A DNA stretch of 64,000 bases. It comes from Amoebophrya sp. A120 (lineage: Eukaryota > Protista > Dinoflagellata). Of this stretch, positions 36,627 through 48,364 are shown piece by piece. The stretch spans positions 3,027,471 to 3,091,470 of the forward strand of contig CAJINV010000009.1 of NCBI GenBank assembly GCA_905178155.1. The letters are read 5' to 3'. The notes under the pieces are model-generated. The model worked only from the letters and a program-made list of their open reading frames with translations. It was not told the DNA's origin and searched no databases. The position numbers were made by a program, and so were the translations under genes. Each line of letters opens with the position of its first letter. The stretch's first letter is position 1.

Positions 36627-38588
36627 CTAGATATTTGCAGGAAGATCATGGTCTCCAAGTCCATGGTCTTGTTTTAAGTGATTCTCTTGGAGTGCAAGCA
36701 ACTCCCGTGCGCGGTCGAGCTGCTCACACGGACTCATAGTGACGAAATCTACAAAGTACTGACTCTGCAGCACCTGCCGCACTTCGGAGTGCGGCTTCAG
36801 GCCGATCTGAATGCTGGGCGGATAGAGCAGAAGAAATTTCCGCTCGACCACCGCCTTTTCGTCCGACCTTGCATCGTCCTGGTTCGACTTCATGGAAGTA
36901 GTGGCGAACGCCGCACGGTTTTGGATCAGTGCGTCGAAGGGGATAATGAAAACCCCGCGAATGCGCTCTGCGGACCGGTCTGGTATGATTGCAATGTAGA
37001 AATCCAAATCCACCGCTCGGTGTGCGGTGTTCATTTGTTGAAACAAAAACGCTTTTCCGGCCCCGTACCGCTCCTGGCGGTAGCAGGTCCGCAGCAGACA
37101 CGCGCGCCCGGACAACTGAATGTTTCCGCGGTATGGATGGGCTGTCGTCGAGTAGCGCAGGTGTGTGAGTTCCACCTGGAGCGGATCGAACAAAAGCTTT
37201 CGCAGCTCCGCTCCACTGCGATGCGCCACCCGGTCGTGCGGGTGCTCGCAAACTAGCTCGATCCACTCGTCAATCGTCCTCCTCGGCATCTCCGCACACC
37301 ACCTGGAAACCGTCCGCTCTAGGAATCCCGGATCCAGCGGCCGGAGCTCATCCTTCGGCAAAAACATGGATCTGCTCTTTCCCGACCCCGTCAAGAACGC
37401 CGGTAGCTCGTCGCCATCGAGAAAGCACACGGTGGAAGGTTCGTGGCACACAAAGACGTAGGACACACCGAGTGGCAGCTCCGCCACGTGCGAGAACCGC
37501 AGGCTTTGGCGCGACGGCTGCTGCGTTCGCAGACCGTGATGCGACCATGCGGAACACACTTTCACTTGTATTGCGACCCAACTGTTGTCCGTGCCGTGCT
37601 TCCTCCGAAGCAGGTAGGTGGCTTTGGCTCGGCGCGGCAGGTGGAAAATTTCGAACGTGTCGCCGAGCGTTCGGGAGATGTGGCCGCTAAACCACGTTCG
37701 GCCGATGTGCGCCACCTCGTGGGCAGCAACCGCCCGCTGCGAGACTTCGGGCGGTATTGTCGGCTTGACGGGGTGCACCACCTCCCGTCCGAAAAAGTCG
37801 GCGTACGACACCCAGCCGCGGGCCTTGTACTGGCGCGCGAGGTTTGACGGAATGAAGGCTGGTCGTTTCTCGCGGCGAAATCTCGAACGAAACCCGTCTA
37901 CCGTCTTCACCTCCGGGTACGTCTGCTGCATGAACCTGCTCGCGGCGTCGTAGTCGAGAAACCGCGACGAAGGTTCATCTTCTACTGCTTTTGCAGCAGG
38001 AGCGTCACTCGTTTGACGCGCGGTCGCAGCAAAATTTCCTGTCGCGGCCGAACCCAAAAATCTCCGGGCCGTTGTAAGCGAGGATGCACTCAGAAAACCT
38101 TCCCCTGCGATAGTTCCGGAGTACGGGGAACGCGAACGAAGAGCAAACATCTTTCTCTTTGTTTGAATTTCTTCTCTGGAAAAATAAAACGCGGGTCCAC
38201 CAGAATCATGGCTCTCACGCTCAAACAGTTTCCCCGCCCCCGGCCCCGAAACACACGAGGTTTTGATTTCCGGCCATTCCCGCTGCATGTACTGGCGCGC
38301 GGCTTCGTAGCCCAAACACTTGGACTGCGATCCTCGCACCCGCGCATGGCGTGCTGCTGTGCGATTTACCACCTCGACTGACGAGCCGCACGATGGATAC
38401 GAACGGGGAAGCGACAGCTGCAACATCTTGTCTTTCACCCTTCTCTTCAAAGAAGATGAACCAGCCACCCCCCGGCGGAGGCCGCCGGGGAGGGGGCTGT
38501 TCGGTGGAGGTGTTCCGGTGGGGAAGGTGGCGCCAGCAATGAATCGCTGCGCGCCACTACACAACCAAAGAAAAAGAGCCCGGCCCAT
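36627..38588 (-). CDS. Intronless paralogue of 23701-25161; the true start is probably the Met at 38426
   Basis: FLDYDAASRFM...RPAFIPSNLARQYKARGWVSYADFFG; FHLPRRAKATYLLRRK...WVAIQVK; RGVFIIPF; LLLYPP. The ORF's first ~42 codons come from the adjacent GC-rich element. Confidence 0.7.
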   Translation of the reverse strand: MGRALFLWLCSGAQRFIAGATFPTGTPPPNSPLPGGLRRGVAGSSSLKRRVKDKMLQLSLPRSYPSCGSSVEVVNRTAARHARVRGSQSKCLGYEAARQYMQREWPEIKTSCVSGPGAGKLFERESHDSGGPAFYFSREEIQTKRKMFALRSRSPYSGTIAGEGFLSASSLTTARRFLGSAATGNFAATARQTSDAPAAKAVEDEPSSRFLDYDAASRFMQQTYPEVKTVDGFRSRFRREKRPAFIPSNLARQYKARGWVSYADFFGREVVHPVKPTIPPEVSQRAVAAHEVAHIGRTWFSGHISRTLGDTFEIFHLPRRAKATYLLRRKHGTDNSWVAIQVKVCSAWSHHGLRTQQPSRQSLRFSHVAELPLGVSYVFVCHEPSTVCFLDGDELPAFLTGSGKSRSMFLPKDELRPLDPGFLERTVSRWCAEMPRRTIDEWIELVCEHPHDRVAHRSGAELRKLLFDPLQVELTHLRYSTTAHPYRGNIQLSGRACLLRTCYRQERYGAGKAFLFQQMNTAHRAVDLDFYIAIIPDRSAERIRGVFIIPFDALIQNRAAFATTSMKSNQDDARSDEKAVVERKFLLLYPPSIQIGLKPHSEVRQVLQSQYFVDFVTMSPCEQLDRARELLALQENHLKQDHGLGDHDLPANI

Positions 38589-39524
38589 GTTTCGGCATGG
38601 GTGGGCAACCGGAGGGGCGCGCCTCTAGGGCGCTGCCTGTATTACTAATAGACGGCGCGGGGGCGCGTCCTACACTTCCGCCTGCTGCTGCATGCCCGGC
38701 CTTAATAGCTGCGCGCCGTGAGAAAATGCGCACAGGGAACTATTTCCGGGCGCCAGCGCGTTTCAGGCGCCACAAGGACGACGCACCGACCTGCTGCCAG
38801 CGCGCGCGGGCGCTGTGTAAAGTAGTTGCGGCCACCCTAGGTGGCCGACCAGGTTAGGGCGGGGCGCCGCGCCCCCTCTGGGGGACGCAGAGCGGCGCAC
38901 GCACTTTGAACGGCCGCTCTGATCTGAAAGCTAAAGCAATGCCAGCCGGTCGCTGCGCCCTAGCGAGCTTCTTGAGGAGGCGCCGCGCGCAGAAAAATGG
39001 GCTGGCTGTGCTCCGGGAGAGGTTCCCGGAGAGGGTCCGGGAGAGGGTCCCGGAGAGGGTCCGGGAGAGGGTCCGGGAGAGGGTCCGGGAGAGGGTCAGA
39101 GAGGGTCCGGGAGAGGGTCCGGGAGAGGGTCGGAGAGGTTCCCGGAGAGGGTCCGGGAGAGGGTCGGAGAGGTCCCGAGAGGGTCCGTTGAGAGGTAACA
39201 TAGAGGTTCCCTGGGAGGGTCGCGGTAGAGGGTCGCCTAGAGGGTCGCCTTATACTACGCACCCTCTTCGACCCTCTACACCCTCTTCCCCTACCCTCTA
39301 CTTTACCTCTCCCCAACCTCTACCCAACTTCTGCGCGCGTATTGCCGCGCTTTAACGGCGTGCATACTACGCACCCTCTCCCTACCCTCTCCGCTACCTC
39401 TCGTTTTACCTCTCCCCGACCCTCTCACTTTGGCCGACCCTCTACTTTACCTCTCCGACCCTCTATTTTACCTCTATGAAACCTCTCCCCAACCTCTACT
39501 GTACCCTCTCCCGCCCCGTTTTAT
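38461..39524 (-). mobile_element. Helitron-like GC-rich fold-back element
   Basis: Minus-strand end has hairpin ccccggcgg-(3)-ccgccgggg then CTGG|T; (GGGAGAGGGTCC)n at 39015-39190 then ACCCTCT repeats; same architecture as 3576-4398. Confidence 0.55.
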
Positions 39525-40987
39525 CACGATGGATACGAACGGGGAAGCGACAGCTGCAACATCTTGTCTTTCGCCCTTCTCTTAAAGAAGATGAATACAC
39601 AACACCGCTCTTGTCCACCATGCTCTCAACTTTTCAAGAGCGCCGATATCCCCTCAGCCTCTCTTCCCCTAACAGACACGCTCAAAGTCTTCTTCAGAGT
39701 CTCCGGAAACGTCAAAGGATCTTTTCCGACTATTACTGAAACCGACACGGATGAATACTTTTACCGTAATCGTTCAGCTTCGGGAGGTCTCACAGTTGGT
39801 GGAAATTGAAAATAAGAAAAACACCGCATGGATTCTACTTGCTTCGTGAAACATTAAAGATGGAGCGGGGTAATAGCGTTTAGCGCTGCGCACAGAAGCG
39901 AGAAGTATCTTTCAAAAGGTATGCCAAAACTGCAAAAGATGCATTTGAATTTCTCTTGGGGGGTGAACGTCTTTGCCATATGCGTTTTTCCACGACGTCT
40001 TCACTGCTGGTTTGTAGTTTTTCGTTCTTCGATTCATCGACATGAACCGGCACAATAAATACCCGCGGCCCATTTATTTCGGCCCTACAACAAAAGTTAT
40101 TTTTCCTATGCCATAAAACAGGACGGGGGGCACAAAATGTGTGCCTTCTGTGGTAAGTAGCTCCATAAAGTATGTAAAGCTGTGGTTGGCTTTCGTACAT
40201 ACAATATCAGAAAAAACGGCTGCTGACTTGCTTATTCATGTTTTTTATTTGTATGGAGAGTAGCGACGCATAGGTTGTAGTAAGTTGATGTTGAAGTTCT
40301 TTGTCTTTCTCATTCTCTTGTATCAATAATGCAACTGCAAAAAATATTGTTGGCTTATTTCAATTCACCGATCATAACACGTCTCTGCGCGGCTGCGGCA
40401 AGAAGTTTGTGTTTGCGGAGCACGAAGGACTAAACCACCGGCACCGCTTTGTTCTTGCTGAAGTAGAAAATGGTGGCACTTCTACTACAGGCTCACCACC
40501 GTAGAGGCTCTCGTGTGGTTTCGTTGCAGAAACCGCGGTATCGGGATTTCCGCTTCGCGCGGGGGTCGAACCACCAGGGACTCTGGCTCCGATGATATGC
40601 ATCGCAAACATGTCTGGGTCCTCTTGGAAACTACGTGCCAACTTCAACTTGTGATGCGCGGATTATATAACGCAGCTGCAGCTCCTCACGCGGTTACATA
40701 ACAAAGACAAACATCTGTCATGTAAGTTGGTATAATGACGTCTTCTGGTGCTCCGATTGAATTCTGTCCACACGGGACGAGACTACGGGAGTTGCCATTC
40801 AGGATTAAGGAGCAGAAATCTCCTGCTCCTCCTGCGTAAAAGCTGTACTATTGTTTTCGCATGCAAGACGGGTCTTGTTCTGGATCAGATTTGCACATTA
40901 AGATGCAAAAATAAGCAGACACAGCAACAGCCGGAGCCGCATTCTAACAAGTACTTATTACTTATTCCAGATGAGGACCTCCCAGAT

Positions 40988-43900
40988 TTAGTTTTTATTT
41001 CTGATAGAGGAATCATCGGACCTATGATATCTGGTAGAGGAATCATCGGAACTGTGATAACTCTGCGCCGACGAAGCCATTGACGAAGTCTCACTGTTGG
41101 GCACGAGGATGCGACTCGCGCCTGCGGCGCCCGCCGCGGTCGTCTGAACGCGCGACGGAGCGAACCCATGATCGTCGGAACCGCGCCCCTGCTGCTGCTG
41201 GTTGCGTAAAAATTCGTGCCACGTCGGCCGCAACTCGGTCTGCTCGTCCTGGCCTTCCCCATCCTCCGGTGGGAGGAAGGAGGGTTGTTGCTGCGGGCCA
41301 ACACGTTCCTGGTGCTGCTGGTCCCGAAGGGCAAGCAGCTGATAACAGGTCCCTGCTAGCTGATGGTCGTGATGCATCTGCTGCTGCCTCGGATCTAGTT
41401 CAGTTTGTCCAGCATCATTACCCACGGCAACCTGGTTCCACATCTGCTGCCGAAACAAGGTCTGGGACCTCCAAAGTAGATCGCGCACAGCAGACTGCTG
41501 TGCGCGATCTTCTACTTCGGAGGTCGACTGCATATAGTTTGCAGCTTGCTCCTGGCCAGAAGATTGTTGTTCAGGAGCAGGACCCGGTGCGGCTAGATGA
41601 CCACTGCACGGATAATAATTCCCACCTAGTTGTACGTCTTCCCGCGGCAGGAAGGCCTCGTTGCGTTCTTGCTCCCCCTGGACTTCTACACCGTCGCCCA
41701 CACGCTGCTGGTCTAGCCACGCAGCCGGAGCAGAAGGAGAACTTCCGCTACAGCTAGCACCAGTTTCGAAGGTTCTCGAACCCGTACTATAGCTCGTCGA
41801 AAGAATCAAACAGCCTTCCTGGTCATGGCGATAAAGCAGTCCTGGAGGTGGAGGAGGTCCACTGCTGGAAGCCGCGGCTGCAACGCAGGAGGATCTTCTC
41901 ACCGCAGTTGGCTCGTCGTCGGGCATGCTGTATAAAAATTGCCGGTTCTTGAACTTCTTCTTCGAGGGAACTACATGAGGATCATGGTTAGGCAAACGCA
42001 AAGCTCCCTCTTGTTCACCGTGCTGGTTATCTATTTCGTCTTGATGCACAAATAGTCCCTGCACAAAATCCCCGGTTCTTGTAGTTGTACCACGACCAAG
42101 TACGACTCGGGAATCTTCTACTTCCGGCTGCAATGCTCCTGTATACGACGTCGGCGCGGCAGTTCTTATCGTGTGGCCAGGATCAAATATGTTTCCTCGT
42201 TGGTCCCCGACGTCGTGGTCCGAGTGTAGCTGATCTTGATGCTCGTGAAAGCCTCCGCGACCTCCGTCTTCTCCGCCACCTCCCGCAGAAAACAAACTCG
42301 CGTTCGTCGTCGCACCCGGCGAATGCGGACGGTCTAAAATTTCGCTCCCGAAAATAGACAGTGCATCCTCTTCGGCCCGTGGCGCTTCTGTGGAGGCAAA
42401 CGAAGTACTTAGGCACAACGTCAACTACAGCTTGGTGTTGTCGCTCTTGATGTTCTTGTTGCTGCAAAACTTGCTCCAGCCCGCGCAGAGCACTAGCCTG
42501 TTCCCCCGAGAGGTCGGGGGCCAAGAAAGGCCCTTGTGCACCGGAAACGGCGGGAGAGGAGGAGGCGGATGAGCGAGGAGTTGAAGTACTACTATGGCTT
42601 GTGGTCCCACTAGTGCAAGTCCCCGGAGGACGAGTAGCAGAAGTAGATCGCCCTGCTAAACGGGAGGACCCGCTGGTGTTCTTCTTCCTCGAAGATCGCG
42701 GTCCAGCAGCAGCTATTGCCTTTGCAGCAGCCGGAATTGGCTTTGCAGCAGCCGGAGTTGGCCCTGAAGCGGACCACCCACTGGCGTAGTTCCCCGGTGG
42801 TCCAGATTCCTCCGATACTGGTTCCGTCGACCGGAATTGCAGGTGTTTGACCCATCGAAACCGCCCGTGTGGCCGCTGCAAGTCGTAAGCCGGGTTTTTA
42901 CTTTCCCCGCTGGAACAGGTGCAGCCCTCCTGCCCCCGATGAACTGCGGTTTTTTTGTCCGGCGTCTCGTGGCCAATTTTTGGTCCTCCTGGAATCCCTC
43001 GGAGGATGTACCGCTTTTCTTCTTCGCTCCAAAAAACCGGCGGTTGCTTGTTCCTGTTATTGCCCGCGTCGTTCTTGTTGTACGGGGAATTTTTACTTTT
43101 TCCACCAGCATCGTCGTGATAGGGATACCAGTCAATCTGCAGCGAGACTTGCGGAAAGAACACGTCTAGCCCTCCCTTTATCAAAAGTAAAAATGTCTGG
43201 GTCTGGAAACTTGTGATGCTGGTCGGCGTCTCATGATGAGGCTACGAATACTGGCTCAGCATGACAAGTTTCTGAGCTCCTAGGTGTTGCCTATTCTGCA
43301 TGACAGAATGCGGCTCTGCATCACAGAAAAACGGAGCTCTTGGATAACGTGCATGACAGATTTAAGAGTCATGCCAGACAAGCATGACAAACATGAATTC
43401 CTCCAGACCCAGACATTTTTACAGTTGATACCCTTGACCGCAGAACCAGTTGCGGAGCAGGAGGAAGTGCGGAAAGAAGTAGAAGACTCTTGGTTCTTCG
43501 ATGTTCCCGGCAACACCTTCGGCAGGAATCTCGCTTTAGCCTTGCTGGACGACGCTGCAGGGTCCGACGATGCAGGTTCACCCGAGGAGGAAGAGGCCAT
43601 GGCTGTACCTCCCTTGCGCGGTCCCGCCGATGGATTTACCACCGCGTTTTCACCTTTTCGGTGGACTGATGCAGTTGCACCCCCGCCGTGTACTTCTGCT
43701 TCACTGGAAAGATAGGACGGCGACCACGTCGACAGGCTCTTCTTAGTAGCACTAGAAGTATCGGCATCCAAGAAAAAAACTGTCTTAGTGCAAGTCTTTT
43801 GGGAAAACAGCATCACAAGTTTGTCTGCAGTGACAGGAAAAACTTGTTATGCGCAGACAGGAAGGGAAAACACATAAGTACATAGGAAACGAGCCGATCA

Positions 43901-45570
43901 TGCATGTCGAGCATGAGAAGTGTAACTTTTTCTGCATCACAGATTTACACTTACACAGTTTTTTTCTTGCATAATCGGTTGTGTCGCCTCCAGTTTCAAT
44001 TTTGACACTCAAAAACCCGACCATGGCGGGCTTGTAGTATTGCAGCTTGGAATCCCATATCAAATGCAAAAATGTCTGGGTCTGGAAGAATGCAACTTGT
44101 CTTGCTGATTTTGGATTCCAAAAAAATCTGTATTGCATGACCAGCAAGACGAGGTTTGTGCCACGTGGAGAGGGTATCTCTCATGCGGAATAGGCATCAC
44201 AAAGCCTTCTAAAAATCTGTGATGCTAGGCCATGCATTACAGGCTTCATGGCTGATGCAGAATATGCAACACAAACCTGGCAGTCTTCCAGACCCAGACA
44301 TTTTTACATTTGATATCCCACGTTGGATTCCACCACACATCCTTTCCCCCCAAAAGTGCATTCGCCCGATTTTGCAGCTCCTGGTATCAAATGTAAGAAC
44401 GTACCGCCTCTAAACCCAATAGGCAACAAGATAGGGAGTGTGCTACGGAATAAATCGTAGAACTTTGGAAGAAGTCAAGCGTGACAGCCTCGTTGATGTA
44501 GTGTAGTCAAAATTAGCTTGCGTTTCGGCGTTAGAAATGTTCCCATACTAATTAGACAAGTGTGACGAATTGCCAAAAACTCACAACCCCTACAATTCGC
44601 ATGTCATTATGGGAAGCTGCATGACAGCACGGGATATCGACATTGTATCGTTTTATAAACGCAAAACTCCATGGCAAACACGGCGTAGTTGCTTTTTTAC
44701 ACAGGATACCTGGAGAAAAAACGCATTCGCCTGGTTTTCCAGTTCCTGGGCAAAAAAATAGCCACTTTCTGGTCGCGCAGCACCACGGACGACGGGCTGC
44801 CTGCGATTCAGATACTGCTCTGCTCTGTTCTGCGCCGCGAGCCTGCTGACCGCGTTTAAAAAGAGTTCACAGTTTTCTTCCTCGACATTCACCCAGAACT
44901 TCGGCTGGGATTTGTAGCGGTTGTTCCCCATGCGCGCTTGGTATTTCGGGAAGTAGTAGTCCTCGTCGGTTGAAAAGAGTTCCGCGTTCAATTTCTCCTG
45001 GTTCGCATCCGATAGGGGTATGATAAAGTTTTTCAGCAGCTTTCTGTTCACCAATTTGTACTTTTGGTTATTCCGAGTGATGAAAACTTGTTCGCGTTCT
45101 TCACGAATTTCACGGTGTATTTTGTTGTAATTATTTTTCTCCGGCTCTAGATCTTTCTCGACCCAAATGCCGTGAAAAATTTCGTCGCAGTGGGAGAGTA
45201 AACGGGTTTCTGGAAGTTCTACGTCCGACGCAATTTCGACATCCGGCTATCGCCAGAAAAAACTGCTTCATCTGTAAACTTGCATATGCAAAAAATGTAT
45301 CTCACAAGTGTTTGTCTTGCTACACATCCAAGACAGTGGATTTTCACGACCTGCGTTTTCCCTTAGGAACCTTGCATGGCAAATTTTCCCTGTCATGTAG
45401 AACATCAAACTTGTGATGCAAATAACCTGCAAAATCCTTACAGTGAAACACTTTTTTCTCACGATACCGGCCGGTCGATAACAAACGCCGCGCGGGAGGA
45501 GAGGAGAAAGTACCTCGAAGCAGCCGGCACGAGAAACAGCAGCCGCAAATGGGCTGCTGCTCGGTAGAGA
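40988..45570 (-). CDS. Multi-exon hypothetical protein with a low-complexity C-terminal region
   Basis: Open segments at 44709-45247, 43431-43764, 42183-43178 and 40988-42424, with five introners (43179-43430 ccctt, 43765-43973 atcgg, 44058-44315 tccca, 44385-44708 cctgg, 45248-45466 ccggc). Confidence 0.5.
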
Positions 45571-45706
45571 ATGGTAAGGGTTTTTGACATCTTGACAATT
45601 CCTATACTATACGAAAAGAGCAGCGTGAATTATCAGGGGAGGGGGAGGGGGGGGGGACCCCGGGGGTCCGGGGGAGGGGACCCCCCCTCGAGGAGGGGGG
45701 AGGGGG

Positions 45707-46376
45707 NNNNNNNNNNNNNNNNNNNNNNNNNNNNNNNNNNNNNNNNNNNNNNNNNNNNNNNNNNNNNNNNNNNNNNNNNNNNNNNNNNNNNNNNNNNNNN
45801 NNNNNNNNNNNNNNNNNNNNNNNNNNNNNNNNNNNNNNNNNNNNNNNNNNNNNNNNNNNNNNNNNNNNNNNNNNNNNNNNNNNNNNNNNNNNNNNNNNNN
45901 NNNNNNNNNNNNNNNNNNNNNNNNNNNNNNNNNNNNNNNNNNNNNNNNNNNNNNNNNNNNNNNNNNNNNNNNNNNNNNNNNNNNNNNNNNNNNNNNNNNN
46001 NNNNNNNNNNNNNNNNNNNNNNNNNNNNNNNNNNNNNNNNNNNNNNNNNNNNNNNNNNNNNNNNNNNNNNNNNNNNNNNNNNNNNNNNNNNNNNNNNNNN
46101 NNNNNNNNNNNNNNNNNNNNNNNNNNNNNNNNNNNNNNNNNNNNNNNNNNNNNNNNNNNNNNNNNNNNNNNNNNNNNNNNNNNNNNNNNNNNNNNNNNNN
46201 NNNNNNNNNNNNNNNNNNNNNNNNNNNNNNNNNNNNNNNNNNNNNNNNNNNNNNNNNNNNNNNNNNNNNNNNNNNNNNNNNNNNNNNNNNNNNNNNNNNN
46301 NNNNNNNNNNNNNNNNNNNNNNNNNNNNNNNNNNNNNNNNNNNNNNNNNNNNNNNNNNNNNNNNNNNNNNNNNNNN
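45707..46376. other. Assembly gap (670 N) with low-complexity G/C-rich flanks
   Basis: Run of N. Confidence 0.99.
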
Positions 46377-48364
46377 CCTCTTCGCCCTTTCCTCTTCGCC
46401 CTTCTTGGGTGCTTTTTCTCCTTCTCTTTGGCACCTCCGTCCCGGCTTCCACCCTCCTCCCCTTCCCACTTGCTGCCTGCCCTTCCCCCCCCTCCGGCTT
46501 CCCCCTTTCTGCGCTGCGGCCCCCCACCTCCCCCGCTCGCTCCCTCCCCCTTTGCCTCCTTTCCCACTCACGCCCGCCCCCTGCTCTAGAGTCTGTGGTC
46601 CTGGCTACAGAAAGCAACGCGGCTGCGTTCGATTACAAATACTGCGGTCACACGGATAATAGCTAGTATGAAATTAATATAAATACGTCAAGGATGCAAT
46701 ATGGTAGATCTTTCTTGTAAAGGTAGCTTGATATGACGTCGAGTGTGCTCAAATAAAAATACATGTCATGGCGTCGCAAGATACATCTTGGGGAAGTTCT
46801 TTCGCTAAGTAAGTATCGACATAAATAATCCAAATCGCCGTCTCTTGTCAAGACCACACGTCCTAGCAGGTAGAAACAAAGTTCTCGCAAAAAAAAACTT
46901 TGGTTCGTTATGTTGATGCTTTGAGTCAGGAGCTTCTTCACAGAATGGTTTTACAATGCCTCGATAAAGATGCCGAAGCTTATTTTTCAAAAGGACTGAA
47001 CGGAATTTTTTCTTACACTCGAAATCGAATCATGTTGCACAAAACTAGGGCGGTAAAATCGACGATGCTACTTACTAAGCTCAGTCAGAAGCTGAAGCAG
47101 AACTTCACGCAGATCGTGCGCTGATAGTAGACTAGAACCTTCGCTACCCGCTCGGGAGCACTGTATCTGGTCCCCTTTTTACAGGGGTGGTCGTGGTAGA
47201 TCTCGTTCCATGGTAAGTAACACACCGTTCGTCACAGATTGCTAACGCTTTTGTTCTGAAGCAGAACGAAGACCACTTTCTCTTTCATCTACAGCTTGTT
47301 GGCGACGCAAAAATTGTACTTATGTAGAGATCCTTCTTCTTGCAATATCAACCGTACAACTACAACTACTTACCCGGACCTACCACTATGATCGTTCCGC
47401 CACCAAGCAGATCACGTTTGCTGTGCTGTCTCTCCTCAAGAGATGAGAAGTTGTACCATTCCGCAATGCTAAATTTGGCGCATTCTTTCACCTCACCCGC
47501 CACCGTGCCTGGCGCGCCAAGCGCAAAAAACTTTTTCGCTAATGTTCATTTTTGATCAGTACATGACACGGAAAATTCATGAGGTCAGGGTCTCTGCTCC
47601 TCTCTTTTGTCTCTTAGCATCATAAACTGGAAGACCACGATGATGATCCTAGGTCTTCCTATGCACGACCTCCGGGAAATCGGAAATCGTTGTAGTAGCT
47701 TCTGCTACAGGTTGTACTATTCTGTAGAGCTTCAAGAAACCGAAACTCATTGATACAAAAATTCAATAGGAGTACGCTTGTTCAGATTTTCTACCACAGC
47801 GATGATCCTTAGTAGGTTTTAATTTTTCGATTCGGGGGTAGAACGACTGGACTTCTTTGCAACATCAAGATGTACTAAGTAGTGTTGAAATTTTTATGTT
47901 GATGAATACGTACAAGTTTAGAGAGAGAGAAACTGTTGGCGCGTAAAAATATTAACCTCTAAAAATTCATAAATTGCGTGCGTATCATGCTACTTTCTTC
48001 ACCTTCTCTATCCATTGAAATGGGGTACTTAGACAAGGGGAAGTGTTGCTTTAAGCAGACTGACACTTCAGTTTTGATTGATTACAATTTAACGGTCGCG
48101 TACTATCGTAGAATTTAGGCACAAGCACAACCTGCGGAATGGTATGCTGCAATGGTGCCTGCAACTTCGTGTCACCGCGAGTAGTTGCTAACTTCCTTCA
48201 ATGATACTCGGGCTTCTGTGACAATCTGCAACTGGCTTTTGTTTTTCTTTTTCGCACTATCGTCGGTAAACTTTACTCCCCTTGATGCCCTGCGAAGGAC
48301 CACGATCCCATAGACGTGAACTTCTATGGGATCCATAGGTCGGTAAAATTCACCTCCCTATCCC

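Noticed and set aside
45571-46659. ORFs spanning the N run and G/C-rich flanks
   Set aside because: Artefacts of the assembly gap and probably low-quality flanking sequence.
46660-48300. AT-richer region with short ORF fragments
   Set aside because: No recognisable motif or consistent frame; cannot distinguish a degenerate gene from intergenic DNA.
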